This document shows positions 1 through 10,658 of a stretch of DNA of 64,000 nt, in pieces (the first letter of the stretch is position 1; the number at the start of each line of letters is the position of its first letter). The stretch lies in assembly GCA_965226885.1 (NCBI GenBank), contig CBDDEL010000016.1:544001-608000 (forward strand). The letters are read 5' to 3'. Made by a program: the position numbers and the translations under genes. A model generated the notes under the pieces. That model worked only from the letters and a program-made list of their open reading frames with translations. It was not told where the DNA came from and made no database searches. This DNA comes from Opitutales bacterium. GTDB taxonomy: Bacteria > Verrucomicrobiota > Verrucomicrobiia > Opitutales > UBA2987.

Positions 1-57
1 ATGGCTTCGGAGTTGGTGTGATGTGCACTGGAAAAAGTGGACACGAGATTCTCCTAA

Positions 58-369
58 ATGGAGAATCGAAGCATGGGAAGAAGACGCTTTAGTATAGAGT
101 TCAAAAATGAGGCAGTTCAACTGATGATACTCGATGGTCTGAGCGCCACCGAGGTATCGACCAAACTTGGGGTCAACACCAACCAATTGTATAGGTGGAA
201 GAGGCTCTATCTGGACGATCAGCAGGGCGAAGCCACCTCAAAGCGACAGAGCAGTCCGAAGGAGATGGCGGCCGAGATAGATCGTCTTCGCAAAGAGCTG
301 CGCCGCTCGGAGCGGATCAACCAGATACTAAAAAAAACGGTGGGCTACTTTGCCAAGGACGAACAATGA
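58..369 (+). CDS. IS3-family OrfA (HTH)
   Basis: RRRFSIEFKNEAV...LGV...LYRWK HTH_Tnp_1-like motif; A8 run near the 3' end. Confidence 0.9.
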   Translation: MENRSMGRRRFSIEFKNEAVQLMILDGLSATEVSTKLGVNTNQLYRWKRLYLDDQQGEATSKRQSSPKEMAAEIDRLRKELRRSERINQILKKTVGYFAKDEQ

Positions 370-1283
370 AGTACCAGTTTGTCAAAGACAACGAGGGGCG
401 CTTCAAGATCGAGGAAATATGCTCGGCGATGGGGATTTGTCGCAGTGGCTATTACTGCTGGAGGCACCGAGCGCCCTCGGCCCGGCGGATCGAGGACGAG
501 GGAATCAAGGGGGCGATCCTGAAGGTACACAAAGAGGCCAAGGGCCGCTATGGGCATCGGCCAATGCACCGCCATCTGAAGGATGATGAGGGCATCGATT
601 GCGGCCGTGACCGGGCTCTGCGTCTGATGCGTGAAATGGGAATCAAAAGCACCCAGAGTAAACGCTTTAAGCCATTAAAAACCAACAGTAACCATCCCTA
701 TGGTTACAGCCCCAATGTGCTTAAAAAGCATGGCCAGCCGACCCATATCGACGAGGTCTGGGTGGCGGACACGACCTACCTACGGACCCTGGCCGGTTGG
801 ATGTACTTGGCCACGGTGATGGACCTGTTCAGCCGACGCCTGCTGGGCTGGAGCGTTTCCAACCACAACGACGCGAAGCTGGTTGGCAAGGCCCTCAAAG
901 CCGCGGCCATGACCCGCGGCACACTGCGCACCGGGATTATTCATCACAGCGATCGGGGCAGCCCCTACGCCAGCGACGACTATCAGAGGCTGGTCTCTGA
1001 ACTAGGCATGAAGCCGAGCATGAGCGCCCAAGGCAACTGCTACGACAACGCGGCCATGGAATCGTTCTACGGCCGCTTCAAGACCAGCACGATTCGAGGC
1101 CGCCACTTTGCCGACGAGCGCGAACTGCGATCAACTGTCTTCGAATACGTGGAAATCTTCTACAACCGATATCGCAAACATTCCTCTCTGAGTTACCAAA
1201 GCCCAGTCCAATTCGAGGAAAATATTTGCCCCCCATGGGGGGCAACGAGAAAACAAAACCCTTTACCAAAACAAGCCGCCTGA
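366..1283 (+). CDS. IS3-family OrfB DDE transposase
   Basis: ATGA overlap with the orfA stop; WVADTTY, HHSDRGSPY, CYDNAAMESF integrase-core motifs. Confidence 0.92.
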   Translation: MKYQFVKDNEGRFKIEEICSAMGICRSGYYCWRHRAPSARRIEDEGIKGAILKVHKEAKGRYGHRPMHRHLKDDEGIDCGRDRALRLMREMGIKSTQSKRFKPLKTNSNHPYGYSPNVLKKHGQPTHIDEVWVADTTYLRTLAGWMYLATVMDLFSRRLLGWSVSNHNDAKLVGKALKAAAMTRGTLRTGIIHHSDRGSPYASDDYQRLVSELGMKPSMSAQGNCYDNAAMESFYGRFKTSTIRGRHFADERELRSTVFEYVEIFYNRYRKHSSLSYQSPVQFEENICPPWGATRKQNPLPKQAA

Positions 1284-1388
1284 CACACTAATCAATAAAC
1301 AATGAATATAAGAGAATCCCGTGTCCAACAAATCCAGTACACGTCAGAAGGATAAGCGCCAGCATGAAGCATCCATGCGTAGTACCCG

Positions 1389-2189
1389 GGTAGTGTATAA
1401 AAAAAGAATGTTATTTTGTATTTTTAGCTGTACAAATAGCGTTAGGCAGTTTATTCTTAGTGCATGGTTACTAAGATTATTAATTGTCGGCACTGTGGAA
1501 GTGAAAATATCATTAAATTTGGCAAGACGCCCAACCATAAACAGCGCTACCGCTGCCATGATTGTGGTAAACAAAGCCGCGAAAACCCCACAGTGAAATA
1601 CACCGAAGAGCAAAAAGAAATGATCCTTCGAGTCTATCAGGAACGCAGCAGTCTACGCGGTTTACAGCGCGCCTTCGGGGTGAGTCCCAACACCGTTTTG
1701 AGTTGGTTAAAAAAACGACAATCGCTGCGACCGCTCAAAAGCACGATTCTGGCGGCCCGCCGCCATGATGTCATTGAACTGGACGAACTGTGGTCTTTTG
1801 TGGGGCGCAAGAGCGATGCCCAATGGGTTTGGATCGCTCTTTGCCGACGCACCCGTCAAATCCTCTCCTATGCCATTGGGCCTCGGGATTGGTATCGTTG
1901 CCGGGAACTTTACGAGCGTCTGCCACGGGCCTACAAAAGATGTGCCACCTACAGCGACTTTTGGAGCACTTATGATGAAGTCTTTCCTCATAACCGATCC
2001 GTGGGAAAAGAAACCGGTGAAACGGCCCATGTGGAACGATGGAACAATACCCTGCGCCAACGACTGGGTCGTTTCACACGCAAAACCCTCTCCTTTTCCA
2101 AGCTTAAGAGTATGCATGAAACCTGTCTGAGACTTTTCATTCATCAATATAATCAAGAATTAGCCACCATTCCTACTTAATACACTACC
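1389..2189 (+). mobile_element. IS1-family element, copy 1 (801 bp)
   Basis: TIR GGTAGTGTAT...ATACACTACC; second copy at 51596-52397; no TSD here. Confidence 0.93.
1464..2180 (+). CDS. IS1-family transposase (InsA-InsB fused in frame)
   Basis: CRHC...CHDC zinc ribbon, HTH, ELDELWSFVG, HVERWNNTLRQRL. Confidence 0.9.
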   Translation: MVTKIINCRHCGSENIIKFGKTPNHKQRYRCHDCGKQSRENPTVKYTEEQKEMILRVYQERSSLRGLQRAFGVSPNTVLSWLKKRQSLRPLKSTILAARRHDVIELDELWSFVGRKSDAQWVWIALCRRTRQILSYAIGPRDWYRCRELYERLPRAYKRCATYSDFWSTYDEVFPHNRSVGKETGETAHVERWNNTLRQRLGRFTRKTLSFSKLKSMHETCLRLFIHQYNQELATIPT

Positions 2190-2467
2190 CAGAATTTGAC
2201 CGGGCAATCGGTCATTTTCGGCGCTATAACCAAAAATCACTGTCTAACCTGAAACCTGATGGGGTTTTCTGTGAAAAAGTGTTTTATCTGGATATGTTCG
2301 GTATGCTTGCCTCGTTCGCGAATCGATTTTTATTGAGACAGTCGTTGCCGACAATCAGGCAAATTCTAATCTGGGATCGATTTTTGGTGCCGTTATCCCG
2401 TATTTTTGACAAAGTGTTTTTTTATCGATTCGGAAAAACCATAGTTGCCATTTGGCAGAAAATATAA
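2190..2467 (+). pseudogene. 3' remnant of a class I SAM methyltransferase, 5' part removed at IS1
   Basis: Open frame EFDRAIGHFRRYNQKSL...QILIWDRFLVPLSRIFD...GKTIVAIWQK starts exactly at the IS1 end. Confidence 0.7.
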
Positions 2468-2489
2468 AATTAAGATGATTCGCGGTTTC

Positions 2490-2531
2490 CGCACTGGAAA
2501 CGTTCAAGCGCGCACTGGAAACGTTCAAGCG
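2490..2531. repeat. 21-bp perfect tandem duplication
   Basis: CGCACTGGAAACGTTCAAGCG x2. Confidence 0.9.
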
Positions 2532-2544
2532 AATAGAAACATAA

Positions 2545-3771
2545 ATGACGCCAGAGCCTTCAATTTTTTCCAATAAGTGGACTGTCTTTTCATTGCTTGC
2601 AATTGCCGCAACCGCTGCCAAGGCAGGCATATCCCTTTTGGGCTACAATTACGATGTGCAGTCATTTTACATAGTATCCGACCTGGTAGTAGAGGGAAAG
2701 AATTTCTACGCTGAGACGGCGAGACATGTTTACGGACCCGTTTGGGCCTATTTGCTGGGCGCGATCCGGTTCCTTCAATTATCTCTTTTGAATGACGTTT
2801 CCATACAAAATTTCCATCTTTTGCTCGCCCTGTTTTTATCTCTGGCGGACATCGCTATAGGTTTTGCCCTGTGGCGTTATTTTTCCTTCGCCGCTGGTTG
2901 CCTCTTCCTCATAAATCCGGTTTCCCTTTTATTAACCGGCTATCATTCACAAATCGAAAATCTGGCTATTCTTCCCGGAATCATGGCATGCGGGCTGCTT
3001 GCTGCCGGAGGCAAAAACCGGCAGTTCAAATTCTGGGCGGGAGTGGGACTCCTTGCGCTGTCGCTTTCGGTTAAGCATATTTTTTTCCTTATTCCCGTTT
3101 GGTTTTTATTCAACAAAAGCCTGAATTTACGTGAAAGACTTATATTATTTTTTGTCCCGGCCTTCATTTTTTTAATATCGTTTATTCCTTTTGTCATAGC
3201 AAATCCTGCCGCCTTCGACAGGGTAAAGTTCATTTTCACCGGTTATAGCTCCACCCACATGAGCGGCTTTTATCCACAACTCATTGATTTGTTTTTTCCG
3301 GTGAAGTTCTTTGAAAAAGCATTTTCCATTCTTCCAATTTTTTCGGGATTCAAGCTGATCTGGATCATTACCCTGGCTTCGCTTGGCCTGCTCTTGAAAA
3401 ATAAATCTCCGCTGGAGAGCTGCCTCATTTATCTGGTCGCCGTATGTGTGACCTCCAGCGCCCTGGTCGAGCAATACCTGGCCATCCCAATGGTCTCATG
3501 TATCGTATTCCGGAAAAATCCGGCCATGCGTTGGTATATTTATCTGGCCACAATTTTTCTGGCCACATCGCCCGCCAATATCGGCAGTCTACCGGCCATG
3601 TCATGGCTGGCGGCACCCACCCAGGCAGTTGGCCTGCAAGCATGGCATCCGGTGGCCGGGATGTTCATATTTCTGGTCTGGTATTTCTGCCGACCCAAGC
3701 TGCAATGGTCCCGAAAACCGGCTCAAAATACGGAGAGGGAAATTATTATAGAGAAAGAATCCGGAGTTTAA
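2545..3771 (+). CDS. Polytopic membrane protein, GT-C-like glycosyltransferase (GT87/DUF2029-like)
   Basis: About 10 hydrophobic segments; YDVQSF, YGPVW, INPVSLLLTGYHSQIE, SVKH motifs. Confidence 0.6.
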   Translation: MTPEPSIFSNKWTVFSLLAIAATAAKAGISLLGYNYDVQSFYIVSDLVVEGKNFYAETARHVYGPVWAYLLGAIRFLQLSLLNDVSIQNFHLLLALFLSLADIAIGFALWRYFSFAAGCLFLINPVSLLLTGYHSQIENLAILPGIMACGLLAAGGKNRQFKFWAGVGLLALSLSVKHIFFLIPVWFLFNKSLNLRERLILFFVPAFIFLISFIPFVIANPAAFDRVKFIFTGYSSTHMSGFYPQLIDLFFPVKFFEKAFSILPIFSGFKLIWIITLASLGLLLKNKSPLESCLIYLVAVCVTSSALVEQYLAIPMVSCIVFRKNPAMRWYIYLATIFLATSPANIGSLPAMSWLAAPTQAVGLQAWHPVAGMFIFLVWYFCRPKLQWSRKPAQNTEREIIIEKESGV

Positions 3772-3837
3772 TCCATGCCATTCGGGTGCAACCAACGGCT
3801 TGCATCGGGATGAATATCTGCTAAAAACTACGATTTA

Positions 3838-5085
3838 ATGGTAATTGAGGTTAAAATTCCAACCCTCGGGGAAAGCATCACATCGGGTCTTCTCTCGGCT
3901 TGGCATGTCAAAGATGGTGACCAGGTTGAAACCGACCAGGCCATTTATGAGTTGGAAACCGATAAAATCACCTCCGAGGGATTGGCCGATTGCAACGGGC
4001 GGATTTCCTTGCAGGCCAAGGAAGGGGAAGAAGTCGAGATTGGGCAAATCATCGCTCTGATCGACGATTCCGTGAAAGCCTCCATGGAAACCAGCAAAAG
4101 CGAACCATCGCCGGAAGCTGAGAAGGAAATTGCCGCCCCCCCACCGGAACCCATTAAAACACAAATAGAACCGCATAAAAAGAGCCCCATTAAATCTCCG
4201 GCAGTCCGCCATTTGGCGGCGGAAACAGGTATAGACCTGGCCACGATCTCAGGAACCGGCAAGGGCGGCCGCGTGACCAAGGGAGATATTTTAAAGGAAA
4301 CCAAACGGATAAAACCGAAAAGCCCCGCACCGGCCCCAACTCCGGCGCAACCCCAAATGCAGCCAGCGGCGGTGGCAGGCGATTCGCCCAAAGTCACCCG
4401 CAAGAAAATGACCCGGCTGCGCCGGAGGATTGCCGAACGCCTGGTAGCTGCGCAGCATTCCGCGGCCATCCTTTCGACCTTCAACGAGGCGGACATGAGT
4501 GAGGTTATGGCCCTGCGCAAAACGCATCAGGAAGCCTTCGTGGCCAAACACGGGGTAAAGCTCGGCTTCATGTCCTTTTTTCTCAAAGCGACCGTCAAGG
4601 CCTTGCAGGAAGTGCCCGCCATCAATGCGCAAATCGATGGGGATGAAATTGTGCAAAACCATTATTACGATATTGGCGTGGCGGTCAGCACCCCCAAGGG
4701 ATTGCTCGTGCCGGTGGTGAGAAATGCCGATGCGCTTTCATATGCGGAGATCGAAACCAGCATCGTCAACTATGCCAGAAAAGCGCGCGAGGGCAGGATG
4801 TCGATCGACGATTTGCAAGGGGGTGTTTTCACCATAACCAATGGGGGCATCTTCGGCTCCCTGCTTTCCACGCCCATCCTCAACCAGCCGCAAAGCGGTA
4901 TTCTCGGAATGCACACCATCAAGATGAGACCGGTGGTTGTCGATGGGCAAGTAGTGGCCAGGCCGATGATGTACCTGGCCCTTTCCTACGACCATCGCTT
5001 GGTGGACGGGAGCGAAGCGGTCACATTTCTGGTCAAAATAAAAGAAGCCATCGAAAACCCGTCCCGGCTTCTCCTCGAAATTTAG
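3838..5085 (+). CDS. sucB: 2-oxoglutarate dehydrogenase E2 (dihydrolipoyl succinyltransferase)
   Basis: Lipoyl domain ETDKIT, E3-binding [12 protein letters not shown], catalytic [10 protein letters not shown]. Confidence 0.95.
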   Translation: MVIEVKIPTLGESITSGLLSAWHVKDGDQVETDQAIYELETDKITSEGLADCNGRISLQAKEGEEVEIGQIIALIDDSVKASMETSKSEPSPEAEKEIAAPPPEPIKTQIEPHKKSPIKSPAVRHLAAETGIDLATISGTGKGGRVTKGDILKETKRIKPKSPAPAPTPAQPQMQPAAVAGDSPKVTRKKMTRLRRRIAERLVAAQHSAAILSTFNEADMSEVMALRKTHQEAFVAKHGVKLGFMSFFLKATVKALQEVPAINAQIDGDEIVQNHYYDIGVAVSTPKGLLVPVVRNADALSYAEIETSIVNYARKAREGRMSIDDLQGGVFTITNGGIFGSLLSTPILNQPQSGILGMHTIKMRPVVVDGQVVARPMMYLALSYDHRLVDGSEAVTFLVKIKEAIENPSRLLLEI

Positions 5086-5088
5086 AGT

Positions 5089-6492
5089 ATGAAGGAATCT
5101 AATTTTGATCTAACCGTGATCGGTTCGGGCCCCGGGGGATACGTCTGCGCAATACGGGCCGCCCAACTTGGTTTGAAAACCGCTTTGGTGGAGAAAGACC
5201 CCTACCTTGGAGGAACCTGCATGAATGTCGGCTGCATCCCCAGCAAGGCCCTGCTGCACTCGACGGAGGTTTACCACCAAACGGTCGAGACTGTCAGATC
5301 CCACGGCATTGAGACCGGTCCGGTTTCCATCGACCTGAAAAAGTTGATGGAAAAAAAAGATGGAGTGGTCAACCGACTGCGTAAAGGGGTGGAAGCGCTC
5401 GTCAAGGGTCGCAAAATTGAAATTTTTAAAGGATTCGGGCGGCTGACCGGAAAGGGAGCCATCGAGGTGCAGTCCGAAAGCGGGACGGAGAAAATCGAGG
5501 CTAAAAATATTGTCCTGGCAACCGGGTCGAAGATCGTCGAATTGCCCTTTCTCAAATTCGACGGGAAAACGGTTGTCTCCAGCGACCAGGCCATCGCTTT
5601 TGACAAAATCCCCGAAAAACTCGTCGTAGTGGGCGGAGGAGCCATCGGGCTGGAACTAGGGTCTGTCTGGAATCGCCTGGGGAGCGAAGTTTCGATAATT
5701 GAATTTCTTCCCAACATCGCCCCCACTTTCGATCCCGACATATCCAAAAGAGCCATGCGTTTCTTCAAGAAACAGGGCATGTCCATTAACACTTCGGCCA
5801 AAGTCACCGGACTCGAAAAGAGAGATGGCATTACTTTGGTTCTGGTTGAGAAAAAAGGCGCCATTTCGAAATACGAAGCGGACAAGGTTCTCATTTGCGT
5901 GGGCCGAAAACCATTCCATGAGGGCCTCGGCCTGAAGGAGGCTGGAGTCGAGACCACGACCCAAGGTTTTATTAAAACCGATACCGGTTTTCGAACCTCC
6001 GCACCTGGCATATTTGCCATCGGCGATACCATTGAGGGACCCATGTTGGCCCACAAAGCGGAAGAAGAAGGCGTGGCGGTGGCGGAAATCATTGCGGGAC
6101 GGCACGGCGAGGTAAATTACCAGACAATCCCCAATGTCATCTACACCGAGCCGGAAATCGCCGGTGTGGGAATTACGGAAACTGAAGCCAAGGAAAACAA
6201 TACCGCCATCAAAGTAGGCAAATTTTCCCTTGCCGCCAATGGCCGGGCCATCGCCACGGATGCCCAGGATGGATTTGTCAAAGTGATTGCCGATGCGCAA
6301 ACGGATCGGCTCCTCGGGGTGCAAATCCTGGCCAAAAACGCTTCCGAATTAATCGCCGCGGCGGTGGCTCACATGGAATACGGGGGCAGCGCCGAAGATT
6401 TGGCCCGGACGGTCCACGCCCACCCCACACTCTCGGAAGCCCTTAAAGAGGCCGCCCTCGCAGTGGACAAGGCATCCATTCATTCGCTTTAG
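5089..6492 (+). CDS. lpdA: Dihydrolipoyl dehydrogenase E3
   Basis: [27 protein letters not shown]. Confidence 0.97.
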   Translation: MKESNFDLTVIGSGPGGYVCAIRAAQLGLKTALVEKDPYLGGTCMNVGCIPSKALLHSTEVYHQTVETVRSHGIETGPVSIDLKKLMEKKDGVVNRLRKGVEALVKGRKIEIFKGFGRLTGKGAIEVQSESGTEKIEAKNIVLATGSKIVELPFLKFDGKTVVSSDQAIAFDKIPEKLVVVGGGAIGLELGSVWNRLGSEVSIIEFLPNIAPTFDPDISKRAMRFFKKQGMSINTSAKVTGLEKRDGITLVLVEKKGAISKYEADKVLICVGRKPFHEGLGLKEAGVETTTQGFIKTDTGFRTSAPGIFAIGDTIEGPMLAHKAEEEGVAVAEIIAGRHGEVNYQTIPNVIYTEPEIAGVGITETEAKENNTAIKVGKFSLAANGRAIATDAQDGFVKVIADAQTDRLLGVQILAKNASELIAAAVAHMEYGGSAEDLARTVHAHPTLSEALKEAALAVDKASIHSL

Positions 6493-6524
6493 GTGAGGCT
6501 TGGTCAGCTAATCAAGACCGCCAG

Positions 6525-6920
6525 TCAATCCATTCCCCGTCTCTCCAGATCCACCTCATCGAAACCGACATAATGCCCTAATTCATGGAGGTAGGTTTGG
6601 GTCACCTCATGGCGGTAGTTTCGCATATTGTGACCGGAGTAGTCCCAGATATTATCCAGAAATAGCAATATTTGGGGCGGCAGAGGAAGCAAATCGCATC
6701 CTGAATCCGGAAATGCTTCGCCCACAAAGAGGCCAAGAATGTCGCGCTCGACTCCTTCAGCCTGCAAATCAGGATTTGGATAGGGCTCATAGACACAGGG
6801 AATTTTCTCGCTTGTTTGCCGCAATTTAGCAGGCAAAGCCTGGAGTGCTCTACGGACTTCATCATCGGCGACTAGCACCAGACGCCGCCAGAGTTTTTTT
6901 CCACCGATTTTTTGCGCCAT
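6525..6920 (-). CDS. Zincin-like metallopeptidase family protein (DUF1025-like)
   Basis: ILGLFVG...HELGHYVGFDE HExxH motif. Confidence 0.8.
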   Translation of the reverse strand: MAQKIGGKKLWRRLVLVADDEVRRALQALPAKLRQTSEKIPCVYEPYPNPDLQAEGVERDILGLFVGEAFPDSGCDLLPLPPQILLFLDNIWDYSGHNMRNYRHEVTQTYLHELGHYVGFDEVDLERRGMD

Positions 6921-6970
6921 CAGCCGTTTCCGAATTTTCCCGGCCAGGAAATTGCCCCCCTGTCGGTTCT

Positions 6971-8224
6971 CTACAAAGCCTTTAAAATTATACTGGCATT
7001 GTGGCCGCCGAATCCAAGACTATTGGTCATGGCAACCCTGACATTGGCCGATGTCTTTTTGTTGGGCACGTAATTTAAATCACAATTCTCGTCGGGGACT
7101 TCGTAATTGATGGTGGGAGGAACTTCGCCCGTTTCAATGACCTTGATGCAGGCGGCCACCTCGATGGCCCCGGCCGCTCCCAGAAGGTGCCCGGTCATGG
7201 ATTTTGTCGAACTAATGAGCAGCTTGCGGGCATGGTCCCCAAACACTTCTTTAACCGCGCTAGTTTCGGTTTTGTCATTCAATTGGGTGGAGGTGCCGTG
7301 AGCGTTTATATAGTCGATCTCGTGGGCGGCCAGGCCGGCATCTTTTAAAGAGTTATTGAGGCAAAGGGCCAATCCCTCTCCCGTAGGATCAGGAGAAGTA
7401 ATGTGGTAAGCGTCGCAGGTAGCTGAGTATCCAGCCAACTCGCAATAGATATGAGCGCCGCGAGCCCGGGCATGCTCCTCTGATTCGATAATGACGGCAC
7501 CGGCGCCTTCGCCCATGATAAATCCGTCGCGTGTTTTGTCAAAGGGCCGACTGGCGCGTTTGGGGTCGTCATTGCGGCTCGTGCTCATGGCTTTCATGGA
7601 GCAAAAACCGGCGAAGCTCAACCGGGTGATAGAGGCTTCGCTGCCGCCCGCCAACATGATGTCGGCATCGCCATAACGAATCATGCGAAGGGCTTCGCCG
7701 ATGGAATGGGCGGAGGTGGAGCAAGCGCTTACGAGCCCGAAATTGGGGCCCTTGGCGCCCAGTTCGATGGCCACCACCCCGGAAGCGATATTGGCAATGA
7801 GCGATGGAATGGTAAAGGGTGAGACTTTGCGCGGCCCTAACTTGGTGAGCCGGTCGTATTGTATCTCGAAGGTCTCCATCCCGCCGATTCCCGACCCCAT
7901 GAGCACGCCGAAACGAGTTTTATCCAGCCTTGTCACGTCCAGGCTGCCGTCTTTGATTGCTTCCTTGGCGGCGCCCAAAGCCAGTTGGGTGTAACGATCG
8001 TTACGCCGCACTTCCTTGGCGTCCATATACTGAAGGGGATCGAAATCCCGCGCTTCGGCGCTTAATTGACAGGTAAATTCCGAAGGGTCGAACCGGCCCA
8101 CCCGGTCGATGCCGCATCGACCGGCCAGAAGGCTGGTCCAAAAGGATTCGATATTGTTACCAAGAGAGGTGACAACCCCGATTCCTGTGATGACCACTCG
8201 GTGGTTGGGGGAATGCTGGTCCAT
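6971..8224 (-). CDS. fabF: Beta-ketoacyl-ACP synthase II
   Basis: VSACSTS, NAHGTST, KSMTGHLLGAAG, NSLGFGGHN. Confidence 0.96.
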   Translation of the reverse strand: MDQHSPNHRVVITGIGVVTSLGNNIESFWTSLLAGRCGIDRVGRFDPSEFTCQLSAEARDFDPLQYMDAKEVRRNDRYTQLALGAAKEAIKDGSLDVTRLDKTRFGVLMGSGIGGMETFEIQYDRLTKLGPRKVSPFTIPSLIANIASGVVAIELGAKGPNFGLVSACSTSAHSIGEALRMIRYGDADIMLAGGSEASITRLSFAGFCSMKAMSTSRNDDPKRASRPFDKTRDGFIMGEGAGAVIIESEEHARARGAHIYCELAGYSATCDAYHITSPDPTGEGLALCLNNSLKDAGLAAHEIDYINAHGTSTQLNDKTETSAVKEVFGDHARKLLISSTKSMTGHLLGAAGAIEVAACIKVIETGEVPPTINYEVPDENCDLNYVPNKKTSANVRVAMTNSLGFGGHNASIILKAL

Positions 8225-8292
8225 GAGGGAGGTCGCCCGGCCTCGGCTAGATTAACAATCAGGGACAATCAGGGGAAGGGGCTGAAAAAGGA

Positions 8293-8550
8293 TCAGCTGC
8301 CGGCTTTATCTTCAAGGTACTTGACGACATCGCCAACCGTTTGCAGTTGCTCCGCATCGCTCTCGGGAATTTCGCCATCGATCTCGTCCTTGAATTCCTC
8401 CTCGAAAGCCATGATTAGCTCAACGGTATCCAACGAGTCCGCCCCGAGATCATCGAGAAAAGATGCCTCTGGAGTAACTTGCTCCTCATTGACATTGAGC
8501 TGGTTAACAATGATTTCGCTGACCCGCTGTGCAATAGTTTTATCTGCCAT
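8293..8550 (-). CDS. acpP: Acyl carrier protein
   Basis: [10 protein letters not shown]...[20 protein letters not shown]; start taken at ATG 8550. Confidence 0.95.
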   Translation of the reverse strand: MADKTIAQRVSEIIVNQLNVNEEQVTPEASFLDDLGADSLDTVELIMAFEEEFKDEIDGEIPESDAEQLQTVGDVVKYLEDKAGS

Positions 8551-8584
8551 ATTCGATATTAGGTTTACTTTTACGTATTTCGCA

Positions 8585-9325
8585 TCACATGACCATGCCG
8601 CCGTCAACTGTAAAAATTTGCCCGGTGATGTATGCTGCCTTCTCGGAGCACAAATAATCCACCATGTTGGCAATATCTGAAGGTTGACCCAGCCGTTTCA
8701 AAGGAATGTTCTTTAAAATGATGTCGCGCGTTTTTTCGTCAAGTCCAGAAGTCATATCGGTCTCAATAAAACCTGGCGCCACCGCGTTGACGGTGATTTG
8801 GCGTGAGGCCAGTTCTTTGGCCAGGGTTTTGGTCAACCCGATCATACCGGCCTTGGAGGAAGCATAATTGGCCTGGCCTGCATTTCCCGCCAAACCGCTG
8901 ACTGAGGTAATATTGACAATGCGGCCCCAGCGTGCCCGGGCCATGGGGTGGGCCAGGTTCTTCACCCAGTGAAAGCAACTGGAGAGATTCGTCTCGATGA
9001 CATCATGCCAATTTTCCTCCGACATGCGAAGTATGAGACCATCTCGAGTGATTCCGGCGTTATTAACCAGAATATCTACGGTGCCATGTATTTCCAGCAA
9101 AGACTTGGCCAATTCCGCTACAGCCCGGCCATCGGAGACATCGACGGCGTGCCATGAGGCGGCCCCACCGGATTGGTTGATGGCCTCGGCAGTGGCGCCG
9201 CAACTGTTTTCCGAGCGGCTGACGCAGAGCACGTGGGCACCGCCTGCAGCCAGTTGTTCGGCAATAGCCCGGCCGATCCCCCGCCCGGCACCGGTGACCA
9301 GGGCAACTCTATTTTCTAATGACAT
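8585..9325 (-). CDS. fabG: 3-oxoacyl-ACP reductase
   Basis: [21 protein letters not shown]; fabG-acpP-fabF order. Confidence 0.96.
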   Translation of the reverse strand: MSLENRVALVTGAGRGIGRAIAEQLAAGGAHVLCVSRSENSCGATAEAINQSGGAASWHAVDVSDGRAVAELAKSLLEIHGTVDILVNNAGITRDGLILRMSEENWHDVIETNLSSCFHWVKNLAHPMARARWGRIVNITSVSGLAGNAGQANYASSKAGMIGLTKTLAKELASRQITVNAVAPGFIETDMTSGLDEKTRDIILKNIPLKRLGQPSDIANMVDYLCSEKAAYITGQIFTVDGGMVM

Positions 9326-9382
9326 GGACTTATCAGCTAAAAATTAATGGTTGATTGTAATATTTTGACGATCCCAAGATGT

Positions 9383-10549
9383 TTAATAGACATCCCTTTG
9401 GTAACGTTTTTCCTTTTTCAGATTTTTGACCCAGGCAACGGCTTCCTCCTCGCTCATGCTCCCCTGCTCCCTAGCGATTTGATGGAGGGCGGCGTTCACA
9501 TCTTTGGCCATTCTTTTGGCGTCTCCGCAAACATAGAAATAAGCGCCTTCTTGCAGCCATTTCCATAACTCGGCGGCATTTTCGAGCATTTTGTCCTGAA
9601 CGTAAATTTTGTAATCCTGGTCGCGGGACCAGGCCAAATCGAGGCGGTCGAGTTGGCCCTCGGTCAGGTATTTATCAAATTCATCTCCGTAAAGATAATC
9701 CGTATCGTGATGCTGATCGCCGAAAAAGATCCAGCTCCTTCCCTTTCCACCTCGGGTAATCCGTTCCTGTAAAAATGCCCGAAACGGGGCGATGCCGGTG
9801 CCGGGCCCAACCATGATAAGGCCCGCCGAACCATCCTCGGGCAGGCCAAAATGAGATTTCGCCACGAAAACCGCTACACAGTTCTCCAACAGAGGAGCCC
9901 GATCCGCTAAATATGACGAGCAGACTCCGGCGCGGTCGCGGCCATTGGTGTTATAGCGAACCACTGCCACCGTAAGATGGATTTCATCGGGATAAACGGT
10001 TGGCGAAGAGGCGATCGAGTAGAGGCGCGGCATCAGTTTTCGCAAATTGAGAATAAAATCCTGCGGCGCCAGCCTGGCTCCCGGAAAATCCAGAAGGAGG
10101 TCGGCAAACTCGCGATTTTCCAGGTATTCCTTGGTTTGCTCATTGTTTTCGGGGGCCAGTTTCTCCTCCAATTGTTTTTTAGTCTCCCCATCCACCCCGC
10201 TTTCCAAAAGGGCCTTGAGTATCTTTTTAGTGGGCTGCGCCAGCGACAGCCTGTGGCTGAGAGCTTCCCGCAAGGAAATGTCTTCCTCATTTTTGGGCAG
10301 ACGCACCATTTCATCCCCGGTGGCGCCCAGAACATTGAGCAGCTCTTGCACATTCTCCGGCTCATTGGTCGGAAAAATGCCCAATGAATCCCCGCAAGTG
10401 TAAACCAGGCCGCTGCCCTCGATATCTACCACAAAATGGCGTGTATCCTTGATGGAGCCCTCCTTGCTCAGCAGCCAGTTCTCCGTCAGGCGGGCTGAAA
10501 AAGGATTATTTTTGTCGTGGACAGGTTTTTCTTTAGAAACAGTGCTCAT
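9383..10549 (-). CDS. Sulfite reductase flavoprotein-like (CysJ FAD/NADPH domains, no flavodoxin domain)
   Basis: PRLYSIASS, GVCSSYL, GPGTGIAPFR, YVCGDA, RYQRDVY. Confidence 0.88.
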   Translation of the reverse strand: MSTVSKEKPVHDKNNPFSARLTENWLLSKEGSIKDTRHFVVDIEGSGLVYTCGDSLGIFPTNEPENVQELLNVLGATGDEMVRLPKNEEDISLREALSHRLSLAQPTKKILKALLESGVDGETKKQLEEKLAPENNEQTKEYLENREFADLLLDFPGARLAPQDFILNLRKLMPRLYSIASSPTVYPDEIHLTVAVVRYNTNGRDRAGVCSSYLADRAPLLENCVAVFVAKSHFGLPEDGSAGLIMVGPGTGIAPFRAFLQERITRGGKGRSWIFFGDQHHDTDYLYGDEFDKYLTEGQLDRLDLAWSRDQDYKIYVQDKMLENAAELWKWLQEGAYFYVCGDAKRMAKDVNAALHQIAREQGSMSEEEAVAWVKNLKKEKRYQRDVY

Positions 10550-10658
10550 AAAGTCATTTTCGCTTTTCGGACAGCTTCTAAAGTTATTCAGCGGCCCAAA
10601 GCAATTCTTTCCTTTGCTTCTTGGCTAGATGTGCCATGCTAATCTCCAAAGACAACTT

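Larger units (their letters stand above)
19..1346 (+). mobile_element. IS3-family element 'IS3-A', copy 1 (1328 bp)
   Basis: Ends TGATGTGCACTGG...CCAGTACACGTCA; orfA/orfB; near-identical copies at 14050, 19328, 41902, 52899; flanks GGTG/GAAG do not form a TSD. Confidence 0.95.

Noticed and set aside
195..365. Long 362-aa version of IS3-A orfB and the many antisense or overlapping ORFs inside IS copies
   Set aside because: Alternative-frame read-through; they recur only because the IS recurs
2490..2531. Tandem 21-mer as a CRISPR array
   Set aside because: Two adjacent units, no spacers, no cas genes; no CRISPR array seen anywhere in the window
9383..10549. CysJ without a flavodoxin domain as a truncation
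   Set aside because: Clean start, no IS nearby; stand-alone FAD/NADPH-domain versions are a known architecture
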